From Candidatus Saccharimonadota bacterium (GTDB lineage Bacteria > Patescibacteriota > Saccharimonadia > Saccharimonadales > DTSZ01): DNA of 64,000 bases. The stretch covers positions 684,024 through 748,023 of the forward strand of contig DTSZ01000001.1 in NCBI GenBank assembly GCA_012965045.1, in the 5' to 3' direction. The translations under genes were made by a program, and so were the position numbers. Shown piece after piece: positions 18,975 to 27,123 of this stretch (positions within the stretch are counted from its first letter, which is position 1; the number at the start of each line of letters is the position of its first letter). The notes under the pieces are model-generated. The model saw only the letters and a list, made by a program, of their open reading frames with translations. It was not told the origin of the DNA and did no database searches.

Positions 18975-19262
18975 TACGGCCTCCGTTATTTAATATTTAT
19001 ATTGTCGGACCTAGCAGCGCAGCAAACCGTATAGAGGTATATAGTTTTCTCACATATTTGTGGATAACAAATTTTTAAGTTAATAATTAGAAATTCAACA
19101 AAAAACCAGTTTCTTAAAACTAAAGCTAGTAGTCTGATTTGACATAGCTCTTAGAAAAGTTAAGGTTGTTGGCATCGTGCTGGCAAAACTATGCTTTGTA
19201 ATCAAAATTTGATGCTTGCTGAACCCTTCATTTATTAAAAAATGATCTCGGGCCAAACTCGG

Positions 19263-19297
19263 TCACATTCTGCCTCACATTCTGCCTCACATTCTGC
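19263..19297. repeat. 12-nt tandem repeat (tcacattctgcc) x 2.9
   Basis: Read directly: tcacattctgcc tcacattctgcc tcacattctgc, inside a 545-bp non-coding gap. Confidence 0.9.
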
Positions 19298-19488
19298 AAG
19301 CCCAGAAAAACTAGATCGAAATCAAAGTTTTCGTCTGTTTATTCTCTTGCAAACTGTCAATGGCGGTTCTCACCCCGTAATTTCGTTCAATCCAACAAGT
19401 TCGATGTAGAAAGTTTCCTTGCAACATACTCCCAGCATGCTTCACCGCCAACACCGGTTCAAGTTTGCACTCCAAGAGTGCTAAAACT

Positions 19489-19517
19489 AAAATAACGCCC
19501 AAAATGGACGTTATTTT
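19489..19517 (-). terminator. putative intrinsic terminator downstream of tRNA-Asn
   Basis: 9-bp stem AAAATAACG/CGTTATTTT with an 11-nt loop, starting 4 nt after the tRNA 3' end. On the minus strand the 3' arm ends in TTTT, followed by AGTTTT. The AT-rich stem makes it weak. Confidence 0.35.
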
Positions 19518-19521
19518 AGTT

Positions 19522-19596
19522 TGGCTCCCGGGGCCGGACTTGAACCGGCAACCTTGAAGTTAACAGCTTCCTGCTCCACCATTGAGCTACCCGGGA
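19522..19596 (-). tRNA. tRNA-Asn (anticodon GTT), CCA encoded
   Basis: Manual fold: acceptor TCCCGGG/CCCGGGA, D arm GCTC-AATGGTG-GAGC, anticodon loop CTGTTAA, T arm GCCGG-TTCAAGT-CCGGC, discriminator G, CCA. 75 nt. Confidence 0.9.
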
Positions 19597-19747
19597 TTTA
19601 TGCTTGCGCTAATGAGGCAAACCTACGGTTTTTCTCATCGGGCTTTAAAAAACGCAATTTTTATCTGCATGAATGCAGACCAGCCCTGCTCTTTTCCCTA
19701 AGGAAAGACTAACGGCTAGTATAACGACTAGTCACCCCTTGAAGCAA

Positions 19748-20620
19748 CTATAAACGTGTCTGCAAATACTTTCGCAAGTCATGGCCAAAATCTGGGTTGT
19801 CGAGACCGAGGTCGATTATGGCTTTAAGATAACTAAGTTTGTTACCAGAATCGTGATAAATTCCGTCAATAACCTTGCCGTACACCTTGGACTTTTGAGC
19901 GAGTTCGTTAATTGCGTCGGCTAGAACTATCTCGCCACCATGGCCAACTTTTTCTTGTTCTAAAATTGGTAATAAGTCTGGAGTAAGTAAATAGCCAGCA
20001 ACAGAACCAAAATGCGACGGAGCTTTGTCTGGACCGGGTTTTTCTACCAAACTTTTAATCTGATAAAAGTCGTCAGATAACTCTTGCCCTAGTTCTGCTA
20101 CACCGTATTTTGAAGTGTCTTCCATGGCGATTTCGATCAACGAAATTACCGACCCGCCAGTTGCGCCGTAAGCGTCAAGCAGCTGCTGCGCTCGGCTAAC
20201 ATTAGTCGTCTTAAAAAAGTCATCTGGAAACAATACAAAAAAAGGTTCATCGCCAATTAAATGAGCAGCGTTCAATACTGGCCGCGCGTTTCCTTTTGGC
20301 TCACCCTTTTGCCGAACATAAATAAAGTTAGCCAAATCACCAATTCGTTTAATTTCATCTGCAAATTCTTGCTTACCTTTTTCAATCAGCGCCTGTTCTA
20401 GCTCAACCGACCTATCAAAATGGTCTTCAATTGCTCGTTTTTGTGCACCGGTAACAATAATGATATCCGTTACGCCAACTGCCACTAACTCTTCAACCAC
20501 AATTTGAATAACTGGTTTATCAATAATTGGCAGCATCTCTTTTGGCATGGCTTTTGTTTGCGGCAAAAACCGCGTGCCTAAGCCAGCTGCCGGGATAACT
20601 GCTTTAGTTACTTTCTGCAT
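19748..20620 (-). CDS. galU: UTP--glucose-1-phosphate uridylyltransferase
   Basis: N-terminal AVIPAAGLGTRFLPQTKAMPKEMLPIIDKPVIQ is the GalU signature; 290 aa. Confidence 0.9.
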   Translation of the reverse strand: MQKVTKAVIPAAGLGTRFLPQTKAMPKEMLPIIDKPVIQIVVEELVAVGVTDIIIVTGAQKRAIEDHFDRSVELEQALIEKGKQEFADEIKRIGDLANFIYVRQKGEPKGNARPVLNAAHLIGDEPFFVLFPDDFFKTTNVSRAQQLLDAYGATGGSVISLIEIAMEDTSKYGVAELGQELSDDFYQIKSLVEKPGPDKAPSHFGSVAGYLLTPDLLPILEQEKVGHGGEIVLADAINELAQKSKVYGKVIDGIYHDSGNKLSYLKAIIDLGLDNPDFGHDLRKYLQTRL

Positions 20621-21059
20621 TATTTACTCCGTTTTGAATGGCTCGTAATCTGCCCGCATACACAGTAAATGGACCCTGCAGGCCTAAAATCTTCAATGCT
20701 CCGACAAGTACATACAATTCGTCCAATTTGGTTTGCTCTTGCACCTCGCCAGATTCATAAATACTAAATTGACGCTCGACTTCACCAACCAGCCATTTTT
20801 CTTCAGCTTCTGTGGCGGGTCGGCGAGTTTTTAAATGGTCAAAACTGCGCCCAACCACCTCAATAGTGCGGGCTTCATTTTCTTTTTTTCGAATTAACCC
20901 AGCAATGTAGAGGTTATCGATGTGTTTAGCTACAGTGGCAACAGAATTGTAATTAAGTCCGTCTTTTATTTCGCGGTAACTGGGGCTATAGCCATGTTCG
21001 TCCAAAAAATTAATTATAAAATCTAAGACCTGTTTCTGCTTTTTTGTAATCTTGGTCAT
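20604..21059 (-). CDS. LexA-type winged-helix DNA-binding protein lacking the S24 peptidase domain
   Basis: The N-terminal 70 aa (LTKKQKQVLDFI...GYSPSYREI...NSVATVAKHIDNL...GLIRK) match the LexA DNA-binding domain. The C-terminal 80 aa have no Ser/Lys protease motifs. TATACT-N7-ATG upstream. Confidence 0.65.
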   Translation of the reverse strand: MTKITKKQKQVLDFIINFLDEHGYSPSYREIKDGLNYNSVATVAKHIDNLYIAGLIRKKENEARTIEVVGRSFDHLKTRRPATEAEEKWLVGEVERQFSIYESGEVQEQTKLDELYVLVGALKILGLQGPFTVYAGRLRAIQNGVNNAESN

Positions 21060-21168
21060 GCTTAATAGTATACGGCAAAAGCACGGTAGAAATTAAGCCG
21101 CAAACTCTCAGCTTCAAGACAATCACAAAGCCTATGTCTTTTTCATCCAACAAGTCACCATCACAAAA

Positions 21169-21210
21169 AAATTATTTTAAATCTATTTTTTAACTATTTT
21201 AAAATAATTT
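21169..21210. repeat. AT-only palindromic element, copy A
   Basis: 13-bp perfect inverted repeat AAATTATTTTAAA (21169-21181) / TTTAAAATAATTT (21198-21210). A 25-nt block, aaaaaattattttaaatctattttt, is identical to 41468-41492. Confidence 0.85.
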
Positions 21211-21306
21211 TGCAGCAATGGTGTAGCGACATTAATATTCAATGCTTTATTATAGCGCCACTCCCCAGTTGCCCGTAGTTATCTTACCAGCCCTAAAACT
21301 ACCAAA

Positions 21307-21353
21307 TTCTATCTTCTATCTTCTATCTTCTATCTTCTATCTTCTATCTTCTA
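21307..21353. repeat. heptanucleotide microsatellite (tatcttc) x 6 plus partial units
   Basis: Read directly. Six perfect units at 21310-21351. The manC-like stop codon (TAG, 21353-21351 on minus) lies in the last unit. Confidence 0.95.
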
Positions 21354-22370
21354 AGCAGATTGTATTTTTTTGGCAGCTTGCTTTACTTTTTGGGAATGAC
21401 TTTTATGGCACACCAAGAGTCCGTCTGGAGTATCAATAACTGCAATGTCATCAAGACCAATTATCGCTACTGGTTTGTCGTGACTCACAATCATGCAATT
21501 TCGGGAGTCAATTATTTCGGCGTTTCCGCGGACGGCGTTTTCGAATTCATCACTTTTTGGCATGGCTTCATGCAAGTCCTTATAAGAACCAATATCCATC
21601 CAGTCAAAAGTGCCCGGCACCACTACGTTTTTACTTTTTTCAATCAAAGCTGGTTCGATTGGCTGATTTTCAAGGCTTAAATAGTAGTCTTTTTGTTCAT
21701 CGCCCTCCAGCTTAGCAAGATCGGTCAGTGCCTTGGCTAAATCACTAGAGTGTTTTTCGAGTTCTCGTTTGAAAATTCTTATTGGAGCCGCAAACAAACC
21801 AAGATTCCACAAATATTTGCCACTTTCAAAGTATTCTTCTGCAGTTTTTACATCTGGTTTTTCTTTAAACATATCAACTTCAAAAGCTCCGTCTAAGCGC
21901 TTACCAACTTTAATGTAGCCAAAGCCGGTTGCTGCGTAGTCTGGAACAATTCCAATCAAAGCGATCGCGTCATATTCGATCGAACATTTAGCAGCAAACT
22001 GAACCGCTTCTGCAAAACCCTCTTTATTTTGAATGTGATGATCGGCATGAATAAAGCCAATAGGTGTGTTTTGGTCATGATTTTTAGAAATTTCAGCTAG
22101 CGCTAATGTAATACACGACGCCGTTCCGCGTCGACCGGCTTCGATAATTATCCGCGACGGATCAAGATCTGGTAATTGTTGCTGTACGAGCAGCGAATGG
22201 GTTCCATCAGTGACTACATACACTTCGTCCGAACATAATTTTGCGCGCGCATACGAGTCCTGCAAAAGCGACTCTTCGCCCGATAGTGACATAAGGTGTT
22301 TTGGCTTTTTAGATGTGGAGAGTGGCCAAAGCCGAGTGCCCTGCCCTCCAGCGACAATTACTGTAATCAT
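21351..22370 (-). CDS. mannose-1-phosphate guanylyltransferase-like nucleotidyltransferase
   Basis: VIVAGGQGTRLWPLS N-terminal NTP-transferase motif. Start moved to ATG 22370, which forms an ATGA overlap with the upstream gene's stop. 339 aa. Confidence 0.8.
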   Translation of the reverse strand: MITVIVAGGQGTRLWPLSTSKKPKHLMSLSGEESLLQDSYARAKLCSDEVYVVTDGTHSLLVQQQLPDLDPSRIIIEAGRRGTASCITLALAEISKNHDQNTPIGFIHADHHIQNKEGFAEAVQFAAKCSIEYDAIALIGIVPDYAATGFGYIKVGKRLDGAFEVDMFKEKPDVKTAEEYFESGKYLWNLGLFAAPIRIFKRELEKHSSDLAKALTDLAKLEGDEQKDYYLSLENQPIEPALIEKSKNVVVPGTFDWMDIGSYKDLHEAMPKSDEFENAVRGNAEIIDSRNCMIVSHDKPVAIIGLDDIAVIDTPDGLLVCHKSHSQKVKQAAKKIQSA

Positions 22371-23635
22371 GAGCTTGATGGTAACAAGTTTGCTTGGCTC
22401 TTGGCAATTGCAAGTGCGCATAATCCCCACCAGGCGTACGAAACGAGGTCGTCCACCCACACGTGGCTAAGCAACGCAACAAAGCTCAAACCAACACCAG
22501 CAGCAAATAGCTGATAGTTATTCGCTGCCACTGAACGCAGAGCAACAACTACCACAGCTACAAACAGCAGAAAGCCGGCAACGCCAAGTTCTTTAGTTAT
22601 TTGAATGTAGTAGTTGTCAGAAACCGATGGCTCGTCATAAAAACTAGCTGGTCCTGCCGATCCTAAACCGTACCCAAGTGGTTGATATTTAATTTCTTGT
22701 ACTGATTCGTTTAATTTTTGTAGCCGAATTTGGTTGGAATCGATTTCTTGACTATCGTTCTCGTCATGAAAAATAATCCGCTGCACAGTCTGCGACTGCC
22801 CACTTGCCATTAATAGTCCCACGCTCAACACTGCACCTACCGCCAAAGCAATAAACAACTGCTTTTTACTCAGTAGCTTAAGCGCCAGTAGCCCACACGC
22901 TAGCGCCAGTCCAAGTGCAGCGCTGCGTGAATATGTAAAATACATACTAATAAGCCCCGCAATTAGTATCCACATCTTCTTTTTAGTAAAAGAATCTTTG
23001 GCGAAATAGTTCGCTATCGTCAGGGTAAGAAAAATAACTAAAAAGGCGCCAAGTTCATTCGGGCCTCTTGTAGTGGCACTATAGCGTGGCAAGCTCGGGT
23101 CATTATCCACGGTTTGATAGCTCAAGCCAGAGCTATATTCATAGCCTAAAAAGCTAAAAAAGTCGGGCGGCAACACTACCACCTGCACTAAAGTGAAAAT
23201 AATCAGCCCCACGCCAATGTTTTGGAAAACATTTCTGAATTTTTTTCGCAGGTCTGGGTCGATATATAAAACTACTAATTGCAGTAGCCAAAACCACACC
23301 AAAAAGCGGGTATTAAACAGTAAACCAGCTGAGCGTGCGGCCATTGTACTGTCACTTAAAAATAAAAAATAAAAGATGTTTAAACCAACAAAACCAATAG
23401 ACAATAAGTTGACTGGAAGTTTTAGTAGTTCCTGTAGTCGTCTTGAGTGATTCTTATAAGCAGCTACAAGGACACCTACAAACAACGCGTAAACAAAAAC
23501 GTCTTTAGTGGCCCGAATTATCTCTTTGCCGCCAATCTGAGTGTCAATAAACTGCGAAACTGGAGCAATTACTGCAGTGGCCACCAATACAGCAAGTATC
23601 GTTTGGGTGCTAAATCGAGCAAATATATTCTTCAT
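22367..23635 (-). CDS. O-antigen ligase/polymerase family (Wzy_C) polytopic membrane protein
   Basis: About 11 TM helices and a periplasmic-loop motif region (FTYSRSAALGLALACGLL) typical of the O-antigen ligase/polymerase family. Confidence 0.75.
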   Translation of the reverse strand: MKNIFARFSTQTILAVLVATAVIAPVSQFIDTQIGGKEIIRATKDVFVYALFVGVLVAAYKNHSRRLQELLKLPVNLLSIGFVGLNIFYFLFLSDSTMAARSAGLLFNTRFLVWFWLLQLVVLYIDPDLRKKFRNVFQNIGVGLIIFTLVQVVVLPPDFFSFLGYEYSSGLSYQTVDNDPSLPRYSATTRGPNELGAFLVIFLTLTIANYFAKDSFTKKKMWILIAGLISMYFTYSRSAALGLALACGLLALKLLSKKQLFIALAVGAVLSVGLLMASGQSQTVQRIIFHDENDSQEIDSNQIRLQKLNESVQEIKYQPLGYGLGSAGPASFYDEPSVSDNYYIQITKELGVAGFLLFVAVVVVALRSVAANNYQLFAAGVGLSFVALLSHVWVDDLVSYAWWGLCALAIAKSQANLLPSSS

Positions 23636-23715
23636 TTACTTTTAGTTTACCGCAGTAAAGCTTCAAAAAATTGGCAATTATGTCATATTCTTCGCCGTCT
23701 TGATAGAATTACAGC

Positions 23716-25155
23716 ATGACAAACTCTAAAACCCGCTACGCACTTTTACTTATACTGTCGGATTTTTTAACTATCATTGCTGCTTTTGTGGTGGCTTATA
23801 TTGCCCGGGTGAGTTTGGATTCTCGTCCATTAGTAGAACAAATTACCTCTGTTGAGTACTTGCGTATCTTTTTATTACTTCTGCCATTTTGGGTGTTAAT
23901 TTTTGCCAGCCTCGGCTTGTATAACTCAAAAATTTACAGTAATCGCTTCAGCGAAGCTTGGCGTTTGCTGCTGGGTTCATTCTTGGGAATTTTATTTATT
24001 ATTGGTTACGATTTTGTATCTGACACGCCAATCTTCCCAGCTCGGCTAGTTGCCGTATATGGATTCGTGCTCGGTGCTGGGTTGCTTGTACTCGAGCGCC
24101 AAATTGTCTGGCAAATAAAAAAATGGGGTTACCGGCACGGCCGTGGACTGGACCGAGTGATGTTAATCGGTAATGCTCCAGCCACCAAAGACCTCGCCAA
24201 ATTGCTTGGCCATGCAGAAACATCTGGAGTTGATATAAAAGCCATCGTTGGTCAAAAAACTAATGTACCGCAGGGTTATAGTGGCCGGCACTTCTCTTCA
24301 CTCACCGACGCGCTGGAAGCCATTGAAACACTTAATATTACTACTGTTATCCAAACTCAGTTGTATGAGTCTGAGCATAAAAATCACGCCATACAACAAG
24401 CAGCGCTAAATAACCACGTCGAGTACAAACTTATGTTAGCCGAAGCTGACTTTTATAGTGGCGCTGTTGATGTTGAGCTTTTTCATTACTTTCCGGTCAT
24501 TGCCGTACATCCAACGCCGCTGTTGGGCTGGGGGCGGATCGTAAAGCGCGGGTTTGATACCGCTCTGGCTATTGTGCTTATTGTGCTTACGGCGCCGATA
24601 ATGCTTGCAACTGCTCTAGCCTTGGCAGTGTTCGACAATGGCCCGATCATTTTCAAGCAAAAACGGGTTACCCGCGGAGGGCGTGAATACAACGTCTATA
24701 AGTTTCGTAGTTTTTTGGCTAAATATAACGGCCGCGACAACAAAGAAACGTTCGAGGAACTTGGGCGCATGGATCTGTACGAAGAATTCGTCAAAAACCG
24801 CGGCCAGCTACCTAACGACCCGCGAGTCGGCAGCATTGGCCGCTTTATTCGCGGATGGAGCATCGATGAGCTTCCTCAGCTATTCAACGTTATAAAGGGC
24901 GACATTAGTTTGGTGGGTCCACGTACAATCAGCCGAGCAGACGCAGAGCAGTCTTTCCGTGACAAAACACCACTAATTTTAAGTGTTAAAACCGGCATTA
25001 CTGGCTTAGCACAAGTCTCTGGCCGCACCTTTATTCCAGTGGAAGAACGGGTAAAGCTTGATTTGTTCTACGTACAAAACTGGAGCTTATGGCTGGATAT
25101 TAAGATTTTATTTAAAACAATATGGGTCGTTCTCAAGCGGGAAGATGCTGTCTGA
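23716..25155 (+). CDS. polyprenyl-phosphate glycosyl-1-phosphate transferase (WbaP/EpsE-like priming sugar transferase)
   Basis: N-terminal TM bundle plus a C-terminal bacterial sugar transferase domain (PIIFKQKRVTRGG..., DELPQLFNVIKGDISLVGPR). TGATAGAAT-N6-ATG promoter-like context. Confidence 0.85.
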   Translation: MTNSKTRYALLLILSDFLTIIAAFVVAYIARVSLDSRPLVEQITSVEYLRIFLLLLPFWVLIFASLGLYNSKIYSNRFSEAWRLLLGSFLGILFIIGYDFVSDTPIFPARLVAVYGFVLGAGLLVLERQIVWQIKKWGYRHGRGLDRVMLIGNAPATKDLAKLLGHAETSGVDIKAIVGQKTNVPQGYSGRHFSSLTDALEAIETLNITTVIQTQLYESEHKNHAIQQAALNNHVEYKLMLAEADFYSGAVDVELFHYFPVIAVHPTPLLGWGRIVKRGFDTALAIVLIVLTAPIMLATALALAVFDNGPIIFKQKRVTRGGREYNVYKFRSFLAKYNGRDNKETFEELGRMDLYEEFVKNRGQLPNDPRVGSIGRFIRGWSIDELPQLFNVIKGDISLVGPRTISRADAEQSFRDKTPLILSVKTGITGLAQVSGRTFIPVEERVKLDLFYVQNWSLWLDIKILFKTIWVVLKREDAV

Positions 25156-25198
25156 CATCAATGGATGGAAGAAAGAATAAGGAAGAAAGAATATAGAT

Positions 25199-25558
25199 TT
25201 GGCAGATATAAAGAACTTTGAAGACCTGAATATATGGCAAAACGCCCAAGATTTAGCAGTTTCAGTTTATAAAGTTACACAAACGTTTCCATCATCAGAA
25301 ATCTACGGAATAACTAATCAGATTCGTCGTAGTTCCGCTTCAATTTCTGCCAACATAGCCGAGGGTTTTGGCCGAAAAACAAACAAAGATAAGTTGCATT
25401 TTTATGTCGTTGCCTATGGATCGCTCCTGGAGACCAAGAATTTTGTGTACTTAGCGAAAAAACTCAACTTCATAAACGAAGAGTCAGTTACAGATCTTCT
25501 TGATACTATATTAGTGTTGCAGAAACAAATGAATGTATTTATGAGACCACTAAAATGA
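25199..25558 (+). CDS. four-helix-bundle protein (23S rRNA intervening-sequence protein / Avd-like family)
   Basis: FEDLNIWQNAQDLAVSVYKVTQTFP...IRRSSASISANIAEGFGR is the family signature. 119 aa, TTG start. Confidence 0.85.
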   Translation: MADIKNFEDLNIWQNAQDLAVSVYKVTQTFPSSEIYGITNQIRRSSASISANIAEGFGRKTNKDKLHFYVVAYGSLLETKNFVYLAKKLNFINEESVTDLLDTILVLQKQMNVFMRPLK

Positions 25559-25682
25559 CCTTATCTAGCTTTTTTTATGACGCATCGTTTCCCCTCTATC
25601 TGCTATCGTTTAGATTCCAGCTATCCGACACTCCATCTTCCATCTGCCATCTTTCATCTATCCTCTTTCATGAGGTTGACTC

Positions 25683-26771
25683 ATGAAAGTAGCGATCGTC
25701 CAAGACTGGATAAGTTCTTCTGCGAGTGGTGCCGAGCGAGTGGTGTTGGAGTTGCATAAAATATTTCCCGACGCACCAATCTACACCTCTACCTACGACC
25801 ACAAACCAGGCAGTAAATTTGAAACTGCCGATGTCCGCACCACATTCCTGCAAAGCATTCCTGGGGCAAAGTCTAAACATCAATTGTTTCCGTTGTTGCG
25901 CCGCCGAGCTTTTGGAGGTCTAGATTTAACCGACTACGATGTAGTTATTTCTTCCTCAGGTGCAGAGGCTAAAGCTGTAAAAACTCGACCAGACGCACTC
26001 CACATTTGCTATTGTCACGCTCCAACTCACTATTACTGGTCTCGCTACGAGGAATATTTAAAGCGTCGGGCTATTGGCTTTATTGATCCCTTTGCAAAAG
26101 CCTACTTACGTACAACAATTAAAGGCAGTCGCCGTTGGGATTACCTTGCCGCCCAAAACCCCGACATTATGTTGGCGAATTCTACGCACATTGCCAGAGA
26201 AATAAAAAAGTACTACGACCGTCCGTCCGAAGTAGTGTTTCCGCCCATAGACATCGAACGATTTAATTTAAGCACTGCCAAGCGCAGTGGCTTTGTAGTT
26301 GTGGGGCGACAGGTTCATTACAAACGCTTTGATCTGGCTATTACGGCTGCTAACAAAACTAACAAAAGCTTGTTAGTTGTTGGGCGTGGACCGATGCACC
26401 AACAACTCCGTGCAATCGCTGGGCCAACAGTAAAATTTATTACGGACGCGTCTGACGACGAGGTTGTCGACCGTATGAGCGGCGCCGAAGCCTTGCTGTT
26501 TCCAGGGCTTGATGACTTTGGCATCGTCCCTGTAGAGGCCATGGCTACCGGCACACCAGTTATTGCCTACAAAGGTGGTGGTGCGCTGGACTACATCAAC
26601 GCCATAACTGGAAAGTTCTTTGACAAGCAAACACCAGACTCCTTAGCAGCTGTTATGCGTAATTTTGACACAAAAAACTACAAACCTGCCGACATTCGTA
26701 AACAGTCTCGTAAATTCTCATCTGAACTGTTCCAGTCTCGCATTCTCGACATCGTCAAAAAACACCAATAA
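25683..26771 (+). CDS. GT4-family (GT-B) glycosyltransferase
   Basis: MKVAIVQDW N-terminus and C-terminal E-x7-E-type region (FPGLDDFGIVPVEAMATGTPVIA). Confidence 0.8.
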   Translation: MKVAIVQDWISSSASGAERVVLELHKIFPDAPIYTSTYDHKPGSKFETADVRTTFLQSIPGAKSKHQLFPLLRRRAFGGLDLTDYDVVISSSGAEAKAVKTRPDALHICYCHAPTHYYWSRYEEYLKRRAIGFIDPFAKAYLRTTIKGSRRWDYLAAQNPDIMLANSTHIAREIKKYYDRPSEVVFPPIDIERFNLSTAKRSGFVVVGRQVHYKRFDLAITAANKTNKSLLVVGRGPMHQQLRAIAGPTVKFITDASDDEVVDRMSGAEALLFPGLDDFGIVPVEAMATGTPVIAYKGGGALDYINAITGKFFDKQTPDSLAAVMRNFDTKNYKPADIRKQSRKFSSELFQSRILDIVKKHQ

Positions 26772-26821
26772 ATTTACCTTCTTCCTTCTTCCATCTATCT
26801 ATCTTCTGCCTATCCATCTAT

Positions 26822-27016
26822 CTATCTACTCTTTATCTTCTCCCACGCTAATTCGTGAAAGTAATATAAAATCATTTTGGCAAAAAACTCTATTCCACCA
26901 ACCGTTAAGCCGGTACTAAGTTCGCCAGTTACAATCCAAGCAATAGTAAAAGTCGTTAAGCTGGCTACTATTCGCCAGCTTATTGTTTTTTCTACGATTA
27001 TTTTTTGACTGATCAT
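26822..27016 (-). CDS. DUF2061 small membrane protein
   Basis: 64 aa. TISWRIVASLTTF...GGIEFFAKMILYYFHE matches the DUF2061 pattern. Confidence 0.65.
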   Translation of the reverse strand: MISQKIIVEKTISWRIVASLTTFTIAWIVTGELSTGLTVGGIEFFAKMILYYFHELAWEKIKSR

Positions 27017-27123
27017 TCTATCCTTTTTGTGTAATTAAATCTGGAAATTGTATTGAAATTATGCTTAAATTAAAGCACGAAATCAAAAATAAAAAATATT
27101 ATCTTAAGCGGACTAATCTACTA

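Noticed and set aside
18975-19520. tmRNA, RNase P RNA or SRP RNA in the large gap beside tRNA-Asn
   Set aside because: I could not find the conserved cores in either strand: the tmRNA tRNA-like 3' end with CCA, the RNase P GAGGAAAGTCC / ACAGAA motifs, or the SRP GGAA-tetraloop helix 8 motif. Only generic complementarity is present, and that is reported as a low-interest finding.
19522-21059. tRNA-Asn as an integration site marking the start of a genomic island that includes the glycan locus
   Set aside because: There is no integrase, no direct repeat of the tRNA 3' end downstream that I could find, and galU/manC have bulk-genome composition. The only compositional island is internal (29.8-36.9 kb).
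19263-21353. Short tandem repeats (12-nt x3 at 19263; 7-nt x6 at 21307) as possible CRISPR arrays
   Set aside because: The units are contiguous with no spacers and far shorter than CRISPR repeats. No cas genes are in the window.
21242-21439. Track ORFs that translate low-complexity tracts (21242-21439, 25577-25759, 26665-26919, 38235-38522 minus)
   Set aside because: Their sequences are dominated by repeat-encoded strings (SIFYLLSSIFYLLSS, LPSAIFHLSSF). They overlap better-supported genes or intergenic repeats, so I treat them as non-coding.
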